A stretch of 64,000 nucleotides of DNA from a bacterium (GTDB lineage Bacteria > Patescibacteriota > Minisyncoccia > Phycocordibacterales > UBA2100). The DNA lies in the NCBI GenBank assembly GCA_030674455.1, contig JAUSGQ010000002.1:6207-70206 (forward strand), given 5' to 3'. The notes beneath the pieces were generated by a model. The model saw only the letters and a program-made list of their open reading frames with translations, did not search any database and was not told where the DNA came from. Numbering within the stretch: the first letter of the stretch is position 1; every line of letters begins with the position of its first letter. Positions 28,542 through 38,324 of the stretch are shown here, one piece after another. The position numbers were made by a program, and so were the translations under genes.

Positions 28542-30197
28542 ATGGCGCGCGCGAGTACGGCACACAAGTACATTTTTATCGTGGGAGGCGTAATGTCCGG
28601 CGTCGGCAAAGGAATTGCTTCTTCTTCTATCGCAGCACTCTTGAAAGCGCGCGGGCTCAAAGTCACTTCCCTTAAAATCGACCCCTATATCAACGTTGAT
28701 GCCGGCACGATGAATCCGACGGTTCATGGAGAAGTCTTCGTTTTGGAAGATGGCTTAGAGACTGACCAAGACATGGGCAACTACGAGCGCTTTCTCAATC
28801 AGAGTATTTCGTCGATCAACTATATGACGACGGGCTCCGTCTACCTCTCGGTCATCAAACGCGAACGCAATTTGGAATATGAAGGGAAGTGCGTTGAGGT
28901 GGTACCCGACATTCCGCTTGAAGTTATTTCTCGCATAGAGAAAGCGGCCGAAGGCGCTGATGCGGATGTCACGACGATTGAAATCGGCGGGACGGTGGGC
29001 GAATACCAGAACATTCTTTTTCTTGAAGCGATACGCATGATGAAATCGCAGCATCCCGACGATGTCGCCACGGTTCTTGTCAGCTATCTTCCTGTGCCAA
29101 ATTCGATCGGAGAGATGAAAACGAAGCCGACGCAGTATGCGGCACGAACATTGAACAGCGCCGGAGTTTTCGCGGACATTATCATCGCTCGCGCACCAAT
29201 TGCACTGGATGAGAAACGCCGGCAAAAAATTGCTCTCTTCTGCAACGTAAAGCCCGAGCACGTCATATCAGCGCCCGATGTAAAAAGCATTTACGACGTA
29301 CCGCTCAACTTTGAAAAAGACAATCTATCGGGACAGCTGTGCGAGATATTGAAGATGAATAAATGTTCGCCCACTATCGACCTAAAAGATTGGGAAGAAT
29401 TCGTACGCCGTTCCAAAAATGGAGGAAAAGAAGTAAAAATCGCCGTTGTAGGGAAGTATTTTGATTCCGGCGATTTCGTTCTTTCCGATGTTTATATTTC
29501 CGTGCTTGAGGCGATAAAATATTCCTGCTATGCGGTGGGAGTGAAGCCCAACATAGATTACATCTCGTCGCAGCAATTCGAGAAAGGTGAAAATCTCGAG
29601 AAACTCGCCGGATATGACGGCGTACTCGTTCCCGGGGGATTTGGCGAGACGGGCATTGAAGGGAAAATCAATGTCATAAAATACGTGCGCGAGAACAAAA
29701 TCCCGTATTTCGGCCTTTGTTACGGAATGCAGCTGATGACGGTGGAATTTGCGCGGAATGTCGCCGGGCTCGCGGGCGCGCACACGACGGAAATCGACCC
29801 GAAAACCGCCCATCCGGTTATCGCTATTTTGCCCGAACAAATTGAAAAGCTCGCAAAAAAGGATTACGGCGGAACGATGCGGCTCGGAGCATATCCGTGC
29901 GAACTTACGCCAGGGTCAATCGCACAAGAGGCGTATCAAGCAAAATCAATTTCCGAGCGCCACCGCCATCGCTACGAGATTAATCCCGATTACATCAAAC
30001 AGCTGGAAAATGCCGGGCTAGTTTTCTCGGGGAAATCGCCGGACGGAATTCTTATGGAAATCGCGGAGTTGCCGAAAAGCGAGCATCCGTTCTTTCTCGG
30101 AACGCAATTTCATCCGGAATTCCGCGCTCGCCCGCTTGCACCGCATCCCTTGTTTAATGCGTTCATCAAAGCCGCAGTGGAGAGAAAATCAAAATAG
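28542..30197 (+). CDS. pyrG: CTP synthase
   Basis: GGVMSGVGKG, KIDPYINVDAGTM, GLCYGMQ, ERHRHRYE, QFHPE. Confidence 0.97.
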   Translation: MARASTAHKYIFIVGGVMSGVGKGIASSSIAALLKARGLKVTSLKIDPYINVDAGTMNPTVHGEVFVLEDGLETDQDMGNYERFLNQSISSINYMTTGSVYLSVIKRERNLEYEGKCVEVVPDIPLEVISRIEKAAEGADADVTTIEIGGTVGEYQNILFLEAIRMMKSQHPDDVATVLVSYLPVPNSIGEMKTKPTQYAARTLNSAGVFADIIIARAPIALDEKRRQKIALFCNVKPEHVISAPDVKSIYDVPLNFEKDNLSGQLCEILKMNKCSPTIDLKDWEEFVRRSKNGGKEVKIAVVGKYFDSGDFVLSDVYISVLEAIKYSCYAVGVKPNIDYISSQQFEKGENLEKLAGYDGVLVPGGFGETGIEGKINVIKYVRENKIPYFGLCYGMQLMTVEFARNVAGLAGAHTTEIDPKTAHPVIAILPEQIEKLAKKDYGGTMRLGAYPCELTPGSIAQEAYQAKSISERHRHRYEINPDYIKQLENAGLVFSGKSPDGILMEIAELPKSEHPFFLGTQFHPEFRARPLAPHPLFNAFIKAAVERKSK

Positions 30198-30203
30198 GGA
30201 AGC

Positions 30204-30959
30204 ATGAGTGTCGCCTTGAAGCTCATCTCACTCAATATCGAGAAGTCGAAACATCTCGACCTTATCGTGCCTTTTTTAGAGAAACAAATGCCTGACGTTT
30301 TTTGCGTACAGGAAATCTACGAGAGTTCTATAGCAACAATTTCAGCTGCTTTGGGTGGTGCGGAGCATGTGTTTATACCGATGACAGGTCGTCCCCGCGA
30401 AACTCCCCCGGAAATTCAAGGTGTTGGCATATTTTCGCGTTTGTCGATAAGAAGACACGAGGTGAAATATTATGTTGGAACGGCGGAAACGGTACCGAAC
30501 TCCGTACAGAATGACCCTGCGACTTACAATCTCAATAACAGAATGGTCATTATCTGTGACATTGAGAAATACGGGAAGATTTTTCGAATAGCGAATACTC
30601 ATTTTACGTGGACGCCAGACGGAAATACAAGTGAGGAACAGCGGACCGATATGCGAACTCTTTTAGACATACTCCATGAGGTGAAGGAGTTCGTACTCGC
30701 AGGCGATTTTAATGCGCCGCGCGGTGGTGAGATTTTCTCAATGCTTGCTGAGAGATACAAAGATAACATTCCGCCGAAGTACAAAACGAGTCTCGACATC
30801 GCGCTCCATCACGCGGGGAAACTGCGTTCGCGCGAGCTTGCGGACAAGATGGTCGATGGCATTTTTTCTACGCCTGGGTATGAGGTTTCTAATGTCCAGC
30901 TAATAAGCGGCGTTTCTGATCATTGTACGGTTGTTGCCGAGGTTATCCCGAACGATTGA
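30204..30959 (+). CDS. Endonuclease/exonuclease/phosphatase family protein
   Basis: SLNI, DVFCVQE, GDFN, SDH. Confidence 0.88.
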   Translation: MSVALKLISLNIEKSKHLDLIVPFLEKQMPDVFCVQEIYESSIATISAALGGAEHVFIPMTGRPRETPPEIQGVGIFSRLSIRRHEVKYYVGTAETVPNSVQNDPATYNLNNRMVIICDIEKYGKIFRIANTHFTWTPDGNTSEEQRTDMRTLLDILHEVKEFVLAGDFNAPRGGEIFSMLAERYKDNIPPKYKTSLDIALHHAGKLRSRELADKMVDGIFSTPGYEVSNVQLISGVSDHCTVVAEVIPND

Positions 30960-30988
30960 TTTATTCGGCCTTTTGGATACAATAGGCC

Positions 30989-32035
30989 ATGGATTCGAAG
31001 ATTCTAAATAGGAGTTTTACATTTGACGACGTCCTCATTCGCCCTGCCGCCTCCGACATGGAGCCCGCAGAAGCCTCGCTAAAAACTAACATTGCCGGTA
31101 TTACGCTTACGGTGCCGTTCCTTTCGGCTGCAATGGACAGAGTGACGGAAGAAGCGATGGCCGTCTCCTTGGGCAAGCTCGGGGGCTTGGGCGTGGTACA
31201 CCGCAACTGCTCCATCGAAGTACAGGTGAAGATAATAACCACCATAAAAAAGGCTGGGGTGAAAGTCGCGGCCGCGTGCGGCCCTTTTGCGGCAGACCGC
31301 GCAAAAGCTCTTGATGAAGCGGGGTGCGACGTCATCGTCATTGATTGCGCTCACGGGCATAATTTGAATGTGGTAGCGAGTGCAAAGAAAATAAAAAAGA
31401 GTTTGAAGAATGCGAAGATGATTTATGGAAACATCGCGACAGCAGAAGCTGCAAAAGAAGCGTGCAAATTCGCCGATGCCATTAAAGTGGGCGTGGGCCC
31501 CGGAAGTATCTGCACCACTCGAATTATTTCCGGCGTCGGAGTTCCGCAACTATCCGCAATATTGGAAGTGGTATCGGTAGCATCGAAAAAAGGCGTGCCG
31601 GTCATTGCCGACGGCGGCATCCGCACATCGGGCGACATTGCAAAGGCGCTCGCCGCGGGCGCTTCGGCTGTGATGCTTGGAAACCTCTTCGCTGGCACGG
31701 ATGAGACGCCGGGCAAAATCGTTGAGAAGGACGGCAGAAAATTCAAAGAGTACCGAGGTATGGGTTCCAAATCGGTCATTGAAAGTGCTGCAGGCAAAGA
31801 GCGCTATTTCACGCACGGACGCAAAGCAGTGCCGGAGGGCGTCGAAGCATTGGTGCCATACAAAGGACCCGTGGACGATGTCGTAGCAACGCTCGTTTCA
31901 GGCGTCCAAGTCGGAATGGGATATGTTGGAGCCCGAAACCTCAAGGAATTCCACAAGAAAGCCAAATTTACGCGCATCACGAACGCCTCGATAACAGAAG
32001 GCAAACCGCATTCCCTAGCGGGGATTATTGAATAG
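30989..32035 (+). CDS. guaB: IMP dehydrogenase lacking CBS domains
   Basis: [41 protein letters not shown]. Confidence 0.92.
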   Translation: MDSKILNRSFTFDDVLIRPAASDMEPAEASLKTNIAGITLTVPFLSAAMDRVTEEAMAVSLGKLGGLGVVHRNCSIEVQVKIITTIKKAGVKVAAACGPFAADRAKALDEAGCDVIVIDCAHGHNLNVVASAKKIKKSLKNAKMIYGNIATAEAAKEACKFADAIKVGVGPGSICTTRIISGVGVPQLSAILEVVSVASKKGVPVIADGGIRTSGDIAKALAAGASAVMLGNLFAGTDETPGKIVEKDGRKFKEYRGMGSKSVIESAAGKERYFTHGRKAVPEGVEALVPYKGPVDDVVATLVSGVQVGMGYVGARNLKEFHKKAKFTRITNASITEGKPHSLAGIIE

Positions 32036-32127
32036 AGGAAGCGGGGTTATCGACAGGATTGAGTTGCTGAGAGTCACTGAAGATGTACACTGAAGCTTGA
32101 GATTATTAAATAAGTTATACATTTGAT

Positions 32128-32334
32128 ATGAGCTTAGATAGCCCGGACGGTAAGAAAGGTAGGTTGACTGTACGCCGAATTGAGAATAAAGATCCAAAGG
32201 AAACGAACAGTTTGTTGCCAGTTCAAGATGAAAAATCTAGAATCTCAGCAACAGACGCTAGAATCTTAGGTTTTGAAAATTCGAGGGGCAATGTTCACTT
32301 GGTTGATGAGAAGCCAGAAGAGCCGACAGAATAG
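32128..32334 (+). CDS. Small hypothetical protein
   Basis: 68-aa ORF in an intergenic gap; no motif recognised. Confidence 0.4.
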   Translation: MSLDSPDGKKGRLTVRRIENKDPKETNSLLPVQDEKSRISATDARILGFENSRGNVHLVDEKPEEPTE

Positions 32335-32400
32335 TGATAAGTGATATCAGTGGATCTCCACATTTACTGCGTTTTTCCGTATTTGTCGTAGGATATAGCG

Positions 32401-33504
32401 ATGCAACGCGCTTTTGGTTTGGCAATAACGTTAACGCTTGTCGCGGCTTTTTTGTTCGTGCTCGCAGAGAGGTATGTGTTGCATATACAGTCGGTGACGA
32501 ACTATGCATGGCCGGCGAGGGTAAAAACCGCGTCAATTGTTTTTGGCGGCGACATGATGTTCGATAGGTCAATTCGAACGGCAATCGAAAAACGTACACA
32601 AAAACAAGGTGGCCTGCCTGCCGAAGCCTTGGCGCAGGCAGGAGATTTTATTTTCTCCTGCATTGACCCAGTTCTTGCAGACGCTGATTTAGTCGTGGCT
32701 AATCTTGAGGGTCCGATAACGGAACATGCCTCCATCAGCGCGTCATCAGTCCCCGGAGACGCGTCTAACTTCACGTTTACGTTTCCGACTTCAACATCTG
32801 CGCTTCTCAACTCTCACAATATTCGCATGGTGAACCTGGGGAATAACCATATCCTGAATTTTGGAAGGGTGGGCGCAAAGGTCACCGCGCAATTCCTCAA
32901 AGATGCCGACATTGGATATTTTGGCCAGCCAACGGTCATTTCATCCAAAGCTCTGGCGCAGGTTGGAGCGGCGGCCTGTCCTTTTGAAGCATCATGCGAA
33001 GGGTGGGCAAAGGGAGGCGGTGAGTTGATGCGCACAGTTTCCACAAAAATAATACATGGAATTCCTCTAGCTTTTATAAACTACAATGAGTTTGCTCCCG
33101 CAGAACATTCCAACATTCTTGAGAATGTTGGAATGTCGTCGACTACGATATTTCAGATACAAAATGCGCGCGCCAGCGGATACATTCCGATAGTCTATAC
33201 GCACTGGGGAGTGGAATACGCGACCACATCATCGGCATATTCGCGCGAATTAGCCCATAGATTTATCGAGGCAGGCGCGGAAATTGTTATCGGTTCGCAT
33301 CCGCATGTTGTTCAAGAACACGAAGTTTATAACGGCAAGCGCATTTATTATTCGCTCGGCAATTTCATCTTTGATCAGTATTTCAGCGATGATGTTACGC
33401 ATGGGCTTCTCCTCAAAGTCGCTTTTAATCAAAGCGGCGTGCAGTTGGTCAAAGAAATCCCGATAGAGCTAGAGCGCGATCGAAGGACGTGTCTTGCATT
33501 GTAG
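32401..33504 (+). CDS. CapA-family metallophosphatase with several in-frame inserts
   Basis: GGDMM, NLEG, GNNH, HWG, GSHPH, YSLGNFIFDQ. Confidence 0.9.
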   Translation: MQRAFGLAITLTLVAAFLFVLAERYVLHIQSVTNYAWPARVKTASIVFGGDMMFDRSIRTAIEKRTQKQGGLPAEALAQAGDFIFSCIDPVLADADLVVANLEGPITEHASISASSVPGDASNFTFTFPTSTSALLNSHNIRMVNLGNNHILNFGRVGAKVTAQFLKDADIGYFGQPTVISSKALAQVGAAACPFEASCEGWAKGGGELMRTVSTKIIHGIPLAFINYNEFAPAEHSNILENVGMSSTTIFQIQNARASGYIPIVYTHWGVEYATTSSAYSRELAHRFIEAGAEIVIGSHPHVVQEHEVYNGKRIYYSLGNFIFDQYFSDDVTHGLLLKVAFNQSGVQLVKEIPIELERDRRTCLAL

Positions 33505-33546
33505 CAGCGGAAAAATGGCCAAATATAGCCATGTTATAATCGCCGA

Positions 33547-34113
33547 ATGCTTGATATCATTCGGGCAAATATCTACTACGTAATCTTTGTCGGCCTTTTT
33601 TTTGCTGGAGAAACCGTACTGCTTCCTGCTATTTATCTGGGCGTCGAGGGGAAGCTTAATTTGTGGCTTGTACTCTGCCTTTCTCTTGCTGCCACAATTC
33701 TTTCTGACCTCGCGTGGTATTTCATAGGAAGGAATATTCCTTTATCAAAGATACTTTCGTTTCGTTTTTTGCGTTCCAGAAGCAAAGAAATTACTCAGGT
33801 TTCCAGGGCTTTTGATAAGCATGCTTTGTATATTCTATTCATATCAAAGTTTGTTTACGGCACACGTACCATTGCGCAAATTCTTTCTGGTACGCACCGC
33901 GTGCCGTTCTTACCATATCTTGCAATAAACTTCAGCGGTCTTTTTGTATTGAACATGGTTATTGCCATTGTTGCGTTTGTGATAGGCAAAAATACCGTAC
34001 TCGAGGATTCAACATATGGCCTATGGATGGCACTAGGAGTGTTTGCCGCCGTAATCATATTACTTCATTACATATCCAAGAAGATTCTTTGGAAAATATG
34101 GTCACAGCAGTAA
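33547..34113 (+). CDS. DedA/VTT family membrane protein
   Basis: AGETVL, SDLAWYFIGR, SKFVYGTR. Confidence 0.85.
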   Translation: MLDIIRANIYYVIFVGLFFAGETVLLPAIYLGVEGKLNLWLVLCLSLAATILSDLAWYFIGRNIPLSKILSFRFLRSRSKEITQVSRAFDKHALYILFISKFVYGTRTIAQILSGTHRVPFLPYLAINFSGLFVLNMVIAIVAFVIGKNTVLEDSTYGLWMALGVFAAVIILLHYISKKILWKIWSQQ

Positions 34114-34775
34114 TCCCCGTATATAACGAAGAAGAGTTGATAGGAAGGGCAGTGTCTGCCCTTCGCGCTTCTCCTTTGATAAGCGAAATAGTTGTTGTTG
34201 ATGACGGCTCAGGCGACAGAACAGCAGAAAGGGCGAAAGAATTAGGCGTTCTCGTTATTACGCTTCCAAGAAACACAGGAAAGGGCAATGCCATGGATGT
34301 TGGCGTAATAAATTCTCGGAACGATATAATTTTATTTTGTGACGGAGACATGTATGGGTTCTCTAAAGACGGGGTAGAGAGCGTGCTAAAACCGATGCTT
34401 AATGGAGATTTGGAAATGTCGATAGCAATTCGTCCATTCATAAGATTTGCCAGAATCTTTTTTCCATTTTTAATTCAGACAAGCGGATTTCGCGCGGTGA
34501 CGAAGCAATCATGGAAACAAGTTCCAAAAGACCTTATTTCCGGGTACCAAGTTGAATTAATGCTTAATTTCGTAGCCAGGAGAAATAATTGGAGAGTTGG
34601 GTATGTGTGCGTACCAGGATTAAAACACACCGTTAAGGAAATAAAGTATGGGCTTCTCGCTGGACTAAAAGCAAGAGGCGTAATGATACGGGATGTTTCT
34701 TCCCTTTTTGTTAAAGTATATGTACGCGAGAGAAAGTTAAAAAGGTCTTCCATTTCCGGCTCCGTGATTGAATGA
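34098..34775 (+). CDS. Glycosyltransferase family 2
   Basis: IPVYNEE, VVDDGS.D.T, GKG.A, FCDGD. Confidence 0.9.
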   Translation: MVTAVIPVYNEEELIGRAVSALRASPLISEIVVVDDGSGDRTAERAKELGVLVITLPRNTGKGNAMDVGVINSRNDIILFCDGDMYGFSKDGVESVLKPMLNGDLEMSIAIRPFIRFARIFFPFLIQTSGFRAVTKQSWKQVPKDLISGYQVELMLNFVARRNNWRVGYVCVPGLKHTVKEIKYGLLAGLKARGVMIRDVSSLFVKVYVRERKLKRSSISGSVIE

Positions 34776-34885
34776 GAGCGTTTTTTAGCGTATTCTCTAC
34801 GAACTAGGGCTTTAATAGCGCCTAGTTATTGCCAGAGCGTGATTAAGGTGGAAAAGTGTAATGAGGTCGTTTTAAGACAGAAGAT

Positions 34886-34956
34886 TGCCAGATCGTCTAA
34901 TGGTAGGACCGCGCCCTCTGGAGGCGTGTATCTTGGTTCGAGTCCAAGTCTGGCAG
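34886..34956 (+). tRNA. tRNA-Gln(CTG)
   Basis: tgccaga/tctggca acceptor stem, gcgcc-ctctgga-ggcgt anticodon arm, ggttcgagtcc. Confidence 0.95.
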
Positions 34957-34965
34957 CCGATTTTT

Positions 34966-35145
34966 AAGCGTAAAAATCGCGTCGAAGTAAGCATATCTTC
35001 GACGTGGTCACATTACCTTTGCATTAGACTTTGTTATCAATAAAAAAGCTTCAATTCGCGTCGCAGTGTCTCGCATAGAGACACAAGACGAGAACAAGCG
35101 TAAAAATCGCGTCGAAATGACAAACACTTTCGACGAGGTACATTT
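34966..35145. repeat. Two direct repeats with cgtcgaa..ttcgacg hairpins, 130 bp apart
   Basis: aagcgtaaaaatcgcgtcgaa identical at 34966 and 35096. Confidence 0.8.
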
Positions 35146-35187
35146 TAAATTCACTGCCAGTTCACCCTCGGCATTGAAAATGGATGA

Positions 35188-35508
35188 ATGCATTCAGAAT
35201 CGGAAGTCAAATATTCGCTTGAGTGCTATCGCGTATGCACCGAGACGATCCAACACTGCCTGAAGATGGGCGGGGAACATATCGAGCAAAAGCATTTCAA
35301 CCTCATGCTGGATTGCGCGAAGGTATGCAACACTGCCGCGGATTTTTTTATGCGCGACTCCGCGTATCGCGAGAAGCTCGGCGTGTTGTGCGCCGAGGTA
35401 TGCGATGCATGCGCCGCAAGTTGCGATGCGTTAGAGGGCGAGGAGATGAAACGCTGCGCAAAAGCGTGCAGGGATTGCGCCGCCGCCTGCAGAGGCATGG
35501 GAGAATAA
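35188..35508 (+). CDS. Cys-rich four-helix bundle copper-storage-like protein (DUF326/Csp3)
   Basis: Repeated CxxxC/CxxC: DCAKVC, LCAEVCDACAASC, RCAKACRDCAAAC. Confidence 0.85.
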   Translation: MHSESEVKYSLECYRVCTETIQHCLKMGGEHIEQKHFNLMLDCAKVCNTAADFFMRDSAYREKLGVLCAEVCDACAASCDALEGEEMKRCAKACRDCAAACRGMGE

Positions 35509-35609
35509 ATGTCCCTAGGTTAATCCGAATCCGAGAAGGCCTGCAATCGCAACTATAGCTCACTCACAAGCCCTCATTGCACGTTCATTTTAGTGTTATA
35601 TACTTAATG

Positions 35610-35702
35610 ATGTGCTTGTGGGGCGTCAGCCCTATTTCGGCTAACACATAAGCCGAAGGCAGGCACGACAAAGAGCGCCACCGTAAGGTGGTGTTTTTTG
35701 TT
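35610..35702 (+). ncRNA. Candidate small structured RNA (three-way junction + terminator)
   Basis: Upstream ttgcac-16nt-tatact; three stems; terminal hairpin with T tract; no ORF. Confidence 0.45.
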
Positions 35703-35704
35703 GC

Positions 35705-36184
35705 CTAATCCTCGTCGGGATTACCTTTCATCGTGCTGATGAGCTTCATGTCGCGGTATTTGTTGGTCGTCCATGCGGGTACGATACTCCAGAAATGAAG
35801 CTGGCCATTGTCACCGATTTTTCTCACGATAACCTTTATCTTACGCCCATCAATGATGGCGATGATGCCCCAGTATTTCACGGGCTTGCTTTTGCGAATA
35901 CGCTTTTTATGGCTTTTCACTTCAAACTCCTTGAGCGTTTCCTCGTACTCTTGGTAGGTAGTCGAGAGCTCGACTAGTTTCGCTGCTCGCGATAGGAGCT
36001 TGAAGCGAAGTATCTGCGACGGCCGTTCTCGTTCGCTACGCGAACCCTTGAAGATGAGATGGTTGAAACCCTCGGCAGTGAAGTGAAGGTAATCATTTAG
36101 GGCGGGCGAGAATATCGGACCTATGCTTTGGTAGAACTTTTGCGCGTCGGCGCGGATTTTCTCGTAGTTGGAAAGGTCTTCCAT
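35705..36184 (-). CDS. Hypothetical protein, possible BECR/RelE-like nuclease fold
   Basis: HFTAEGFNHL, then beta-meander KYWGIIAII..KIKVIVR..HFWSIVP. Confidence 0.65.
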   Translation of the reverse strand: MEDLSNYEKIRADAQKFYQSIGPIFSPALNDYLHFTAEGFNHLIFKGSRSERERPSQILRFKLLSRAAKLVELSTTYQEYEETLKEFEVKSHKKRIRKSKPVKYWGIIAIIDGRKIKVIVRKIGDNGQLHFWSIVPAWTTNKYRDMKLISTMKGNPDED

Positions 36185-36287
36185 TGCGAGTAGTGTACAT
36201 CATCGTAAATAGACGATATGGCCTGTTTTGTGTCTGAAACTTACTTTTAAAAGCAATTATTTAGGTTCAAAGTAGTATACTGATTTG

Positions 36288-37184
36288 ATGAAACGTATCG
36301 GAATCGTAATAATTGTCGTTATTCTGCTTGGCATAGCGTTTGCCTGGGTGCGCAATTTTAGCCGCACAGCGGCGCCTGCGCCGATTGCCACGGTTCTATA
36401 TTCTTGCGATGCGGGGAAAACAATAAATGCCATTTACTACTCGGGCGAGCCGAAGCCTGCAGCCGGACCTGATATGCCGCCCTCGCCCGGCGGAAGCGTC
36501 GCTATTACGCTTTCCGACGGACGCGCGATGACGCTGCCGCAAACCATATCCGCTTCCGGAATCCGTTACGCTAATGCGGATGAATCATTCGTATTCTGGT
36601 CTAAAGGCGAGGGCGCGCTCGTGCTTGAGAGCAATGAGGAAAAATCATACATAGGATGCATCGCAGTAGTGCCGGAGCCACGAGGCGAGGGCCTTACGCG
36701 CATTTACTCCAATAGTTCGGAAGGTTTCTCTATCCGCCTGCCGAGCGATTACACGATTGACGAATCCTACCGCTACCCAAATCTAGACCCCGGCAAAATT
36801 ATCTCGGGCATCAAATTTACTATTCCGGAATTAGCGGCAGCGGGGACTAATCTCGGCGTTGACACATATATAAGCGTCGAAGAAATTCCGCAGACGCAGG
36901 CGTGTACGGCAAATCTGTTCATGGTACGCGATGAAGCGGAGCGGACTATTCCAGAGGGCAAAACTACGTATTCCTTCGCATCATCAACAGGGGCTGCCGC
37001 CGGCAACCGCTGGGATGAGCAGGTTTACGCCCTTTCGGGTACCAATCCGTGCGTCGCGGTGCGCTACTTCATCCATTATGGAGTGATTGAGAATTATCCC
37101 GCCGGCGCAGTGCAAGAGTTTGATGAGACATCCCTCATCGCGGAATTTGATGCAATTCGCCGCACGCTCATTATCGTGCAATAA
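36288..37184 (+). CDS. MliC-domain exported protein
   Basis: YSC...SASGIRYAN...FWSKG..A...C signature. Confidence 0.82.
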   Translation: MKRIGIVIIVVILLGIAFAWVRNFSRTAAPAPIATVLYSCDAGKTINAIYYSGEPKPAAGPDMPPSPGGSVAITLSDGRAMTLPQTISASGIRYANADESFVFWSKGEGALVLESNEEKSYIGCIAVVPEPRGEGLTRIYSNSSEGFSIRLPSDYTIDESYRYPNLDPGKIISGIKFTIPELAAAGTNLGVDTYISVEEIPQTQACTANLFMVRDEAERTIPEGKTTYSFASSTGAAAGNRWDEQVYALSGTNPCVAVRYFIHYGVIENYPAGAVQEFDETSLIAEFDAIRRTLIIVQ

Positions 37185-37234
37185 GGCGCCAGGTAGAGAT
37201 TTTTCGGGTTGCGGGTATAATCGAAGTTACAAAT

Positions 37235-38128
37235 ATGCGCACTTCTAAATCAGTCTTGACAAGCCTTATTTTTGGCGTTGTTTTACTTGCGCCCTTGGCC
37301 GCCACAAGGGCATATGCGGCATCTCCGTCGGAGCTTCATATAAAGCCCGACGGCAAATTTTTGGCGACCAATGTCGTGGTCACACAGAAAGCCGGCACCT
37401 CGAATTTCTTTTCTCGGGTAACGTGGGGAAATAATGTGTATGTTCGCGTTACGATACTGGCGAAGAAAGACACGGCGATTACCAAAGCACATGGCGAGCC
37501 GGCGAGCGTCAATGAAATTAAGGAGAAAGACGTCCTCGATGTGGAAGGCACGCTTTCTTCCGGAGAGGGGGTTCTCATAATTAACGCCACGCGCATCCGA
37601 GACACATCGCTTCAAATCGAATCTAATACCGTTTCCGGCACTGTTGTGAGCGTTAGTCCCGAAAGCTCATTGTTTGCTCTTGCCAACACTAAGTTTGGCG
37701 GGACAACGACCGTGCTGCTCGCGACATCCACGCTCATTCAAAAAGGCGTGCGAACCATCGGCCTTGGCGAAATATCTAAAGGGGACAAAATACTCTCTGC
37801 CACGGGAAATTACGACTACTCAAAAAACATTTTCTCGGCATCGCTCATAGAGGTATATCAAGATAAGAGCATGTTCGTTCTGCGCAACTTTGAGGGGAAG
37901 CTCAAGAGTGTTTCGGCGACGACATTGCCGACGACGCTTGCTGTATCGGTGGGCGGCACGGATTACACGGTCTACCTTGCAGAGGGGGCAAGCGTCCTCA
38001 ATAACCGCAGGTGGTCAGCGAGTCTCACGCGATTTGTAGCGGGAGATACGGTGCGATTCTACGGCGGGATTCGGCAGACAAACTTCAGCGAAATTGACGC
38101 GACCGTTCTGCGCGACCTGAATTTTTAG
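37235..38128 (+). CDS. Secreted protein with repeated OB-like (DUF5666-type) units
   Basis: Signal peptide; three similar beta-rich repeats (KDVLDVEG, GDKI, GDTVRFYG). Confidence 0.65.
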   Translation: MRTSKSVLTSLIFGVVLLAPLAATRAYAASPSELHIKPDGKFLATNVVVTQKAGTSNFFSRVTWGNNVYVRVTILAKKDTAITKAHGEPASVNEIKEKDVLDVEGTLSSGEGVLIINATRIRDTSLQIESNTVSGTVVSVSPESSLFALANTKFGGTTTVLLATSTLIQKGVRTIGLGEISKGDKILSATGNYDYSKNIFSASLIEVYQDKSMFVLRNFEGKLKSVSATTLPTTLAVSVGGTDYTVYLAEGASVLNNRRWSASLTRFVAGDTVRFYGGIRQTNFSEIDATVLRDLNF

Positions 38129-38186
38129 GCTGCTTAGCGCATATTCATATTAAATTCCCTGAAACCGAACATAATTAAAAACTATT

Positions 38187-38321
38187 ATGAACACGATATT
38201 TGAATTATTCAGCACACTGGTTTCGTTTCTCTATCAGTTCCTTGTGACCATACTCGGATTCTTTGTCAGTATTTTTTCACTCTTGCTGGCATTCGTCCAG
38301 AGAATTTTCAGCTTCCTTTAG
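38187..38321 (+). CDS. 44-aa hydrophobic/amphipathic peptide
   Basis: MNTIFELFSTLVSFLYQFLVTILGFFVSIFSLLLAFVQRIFSFL; stop 3 nt before the cyclophilin ATG. Confidence 0.55.
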   Translation: MNTIFELFSTLVSFLYQFLVTILGFFVSIFSLLLAFVQRIFSFL

Positions 38322-38324
38322 AAC

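Noticed and set aside
34966-35145. Possible CRISPR mini-array
   Set aside because: Only two repeats with a 130-bp period and variable internal loops; no cas genes in the window
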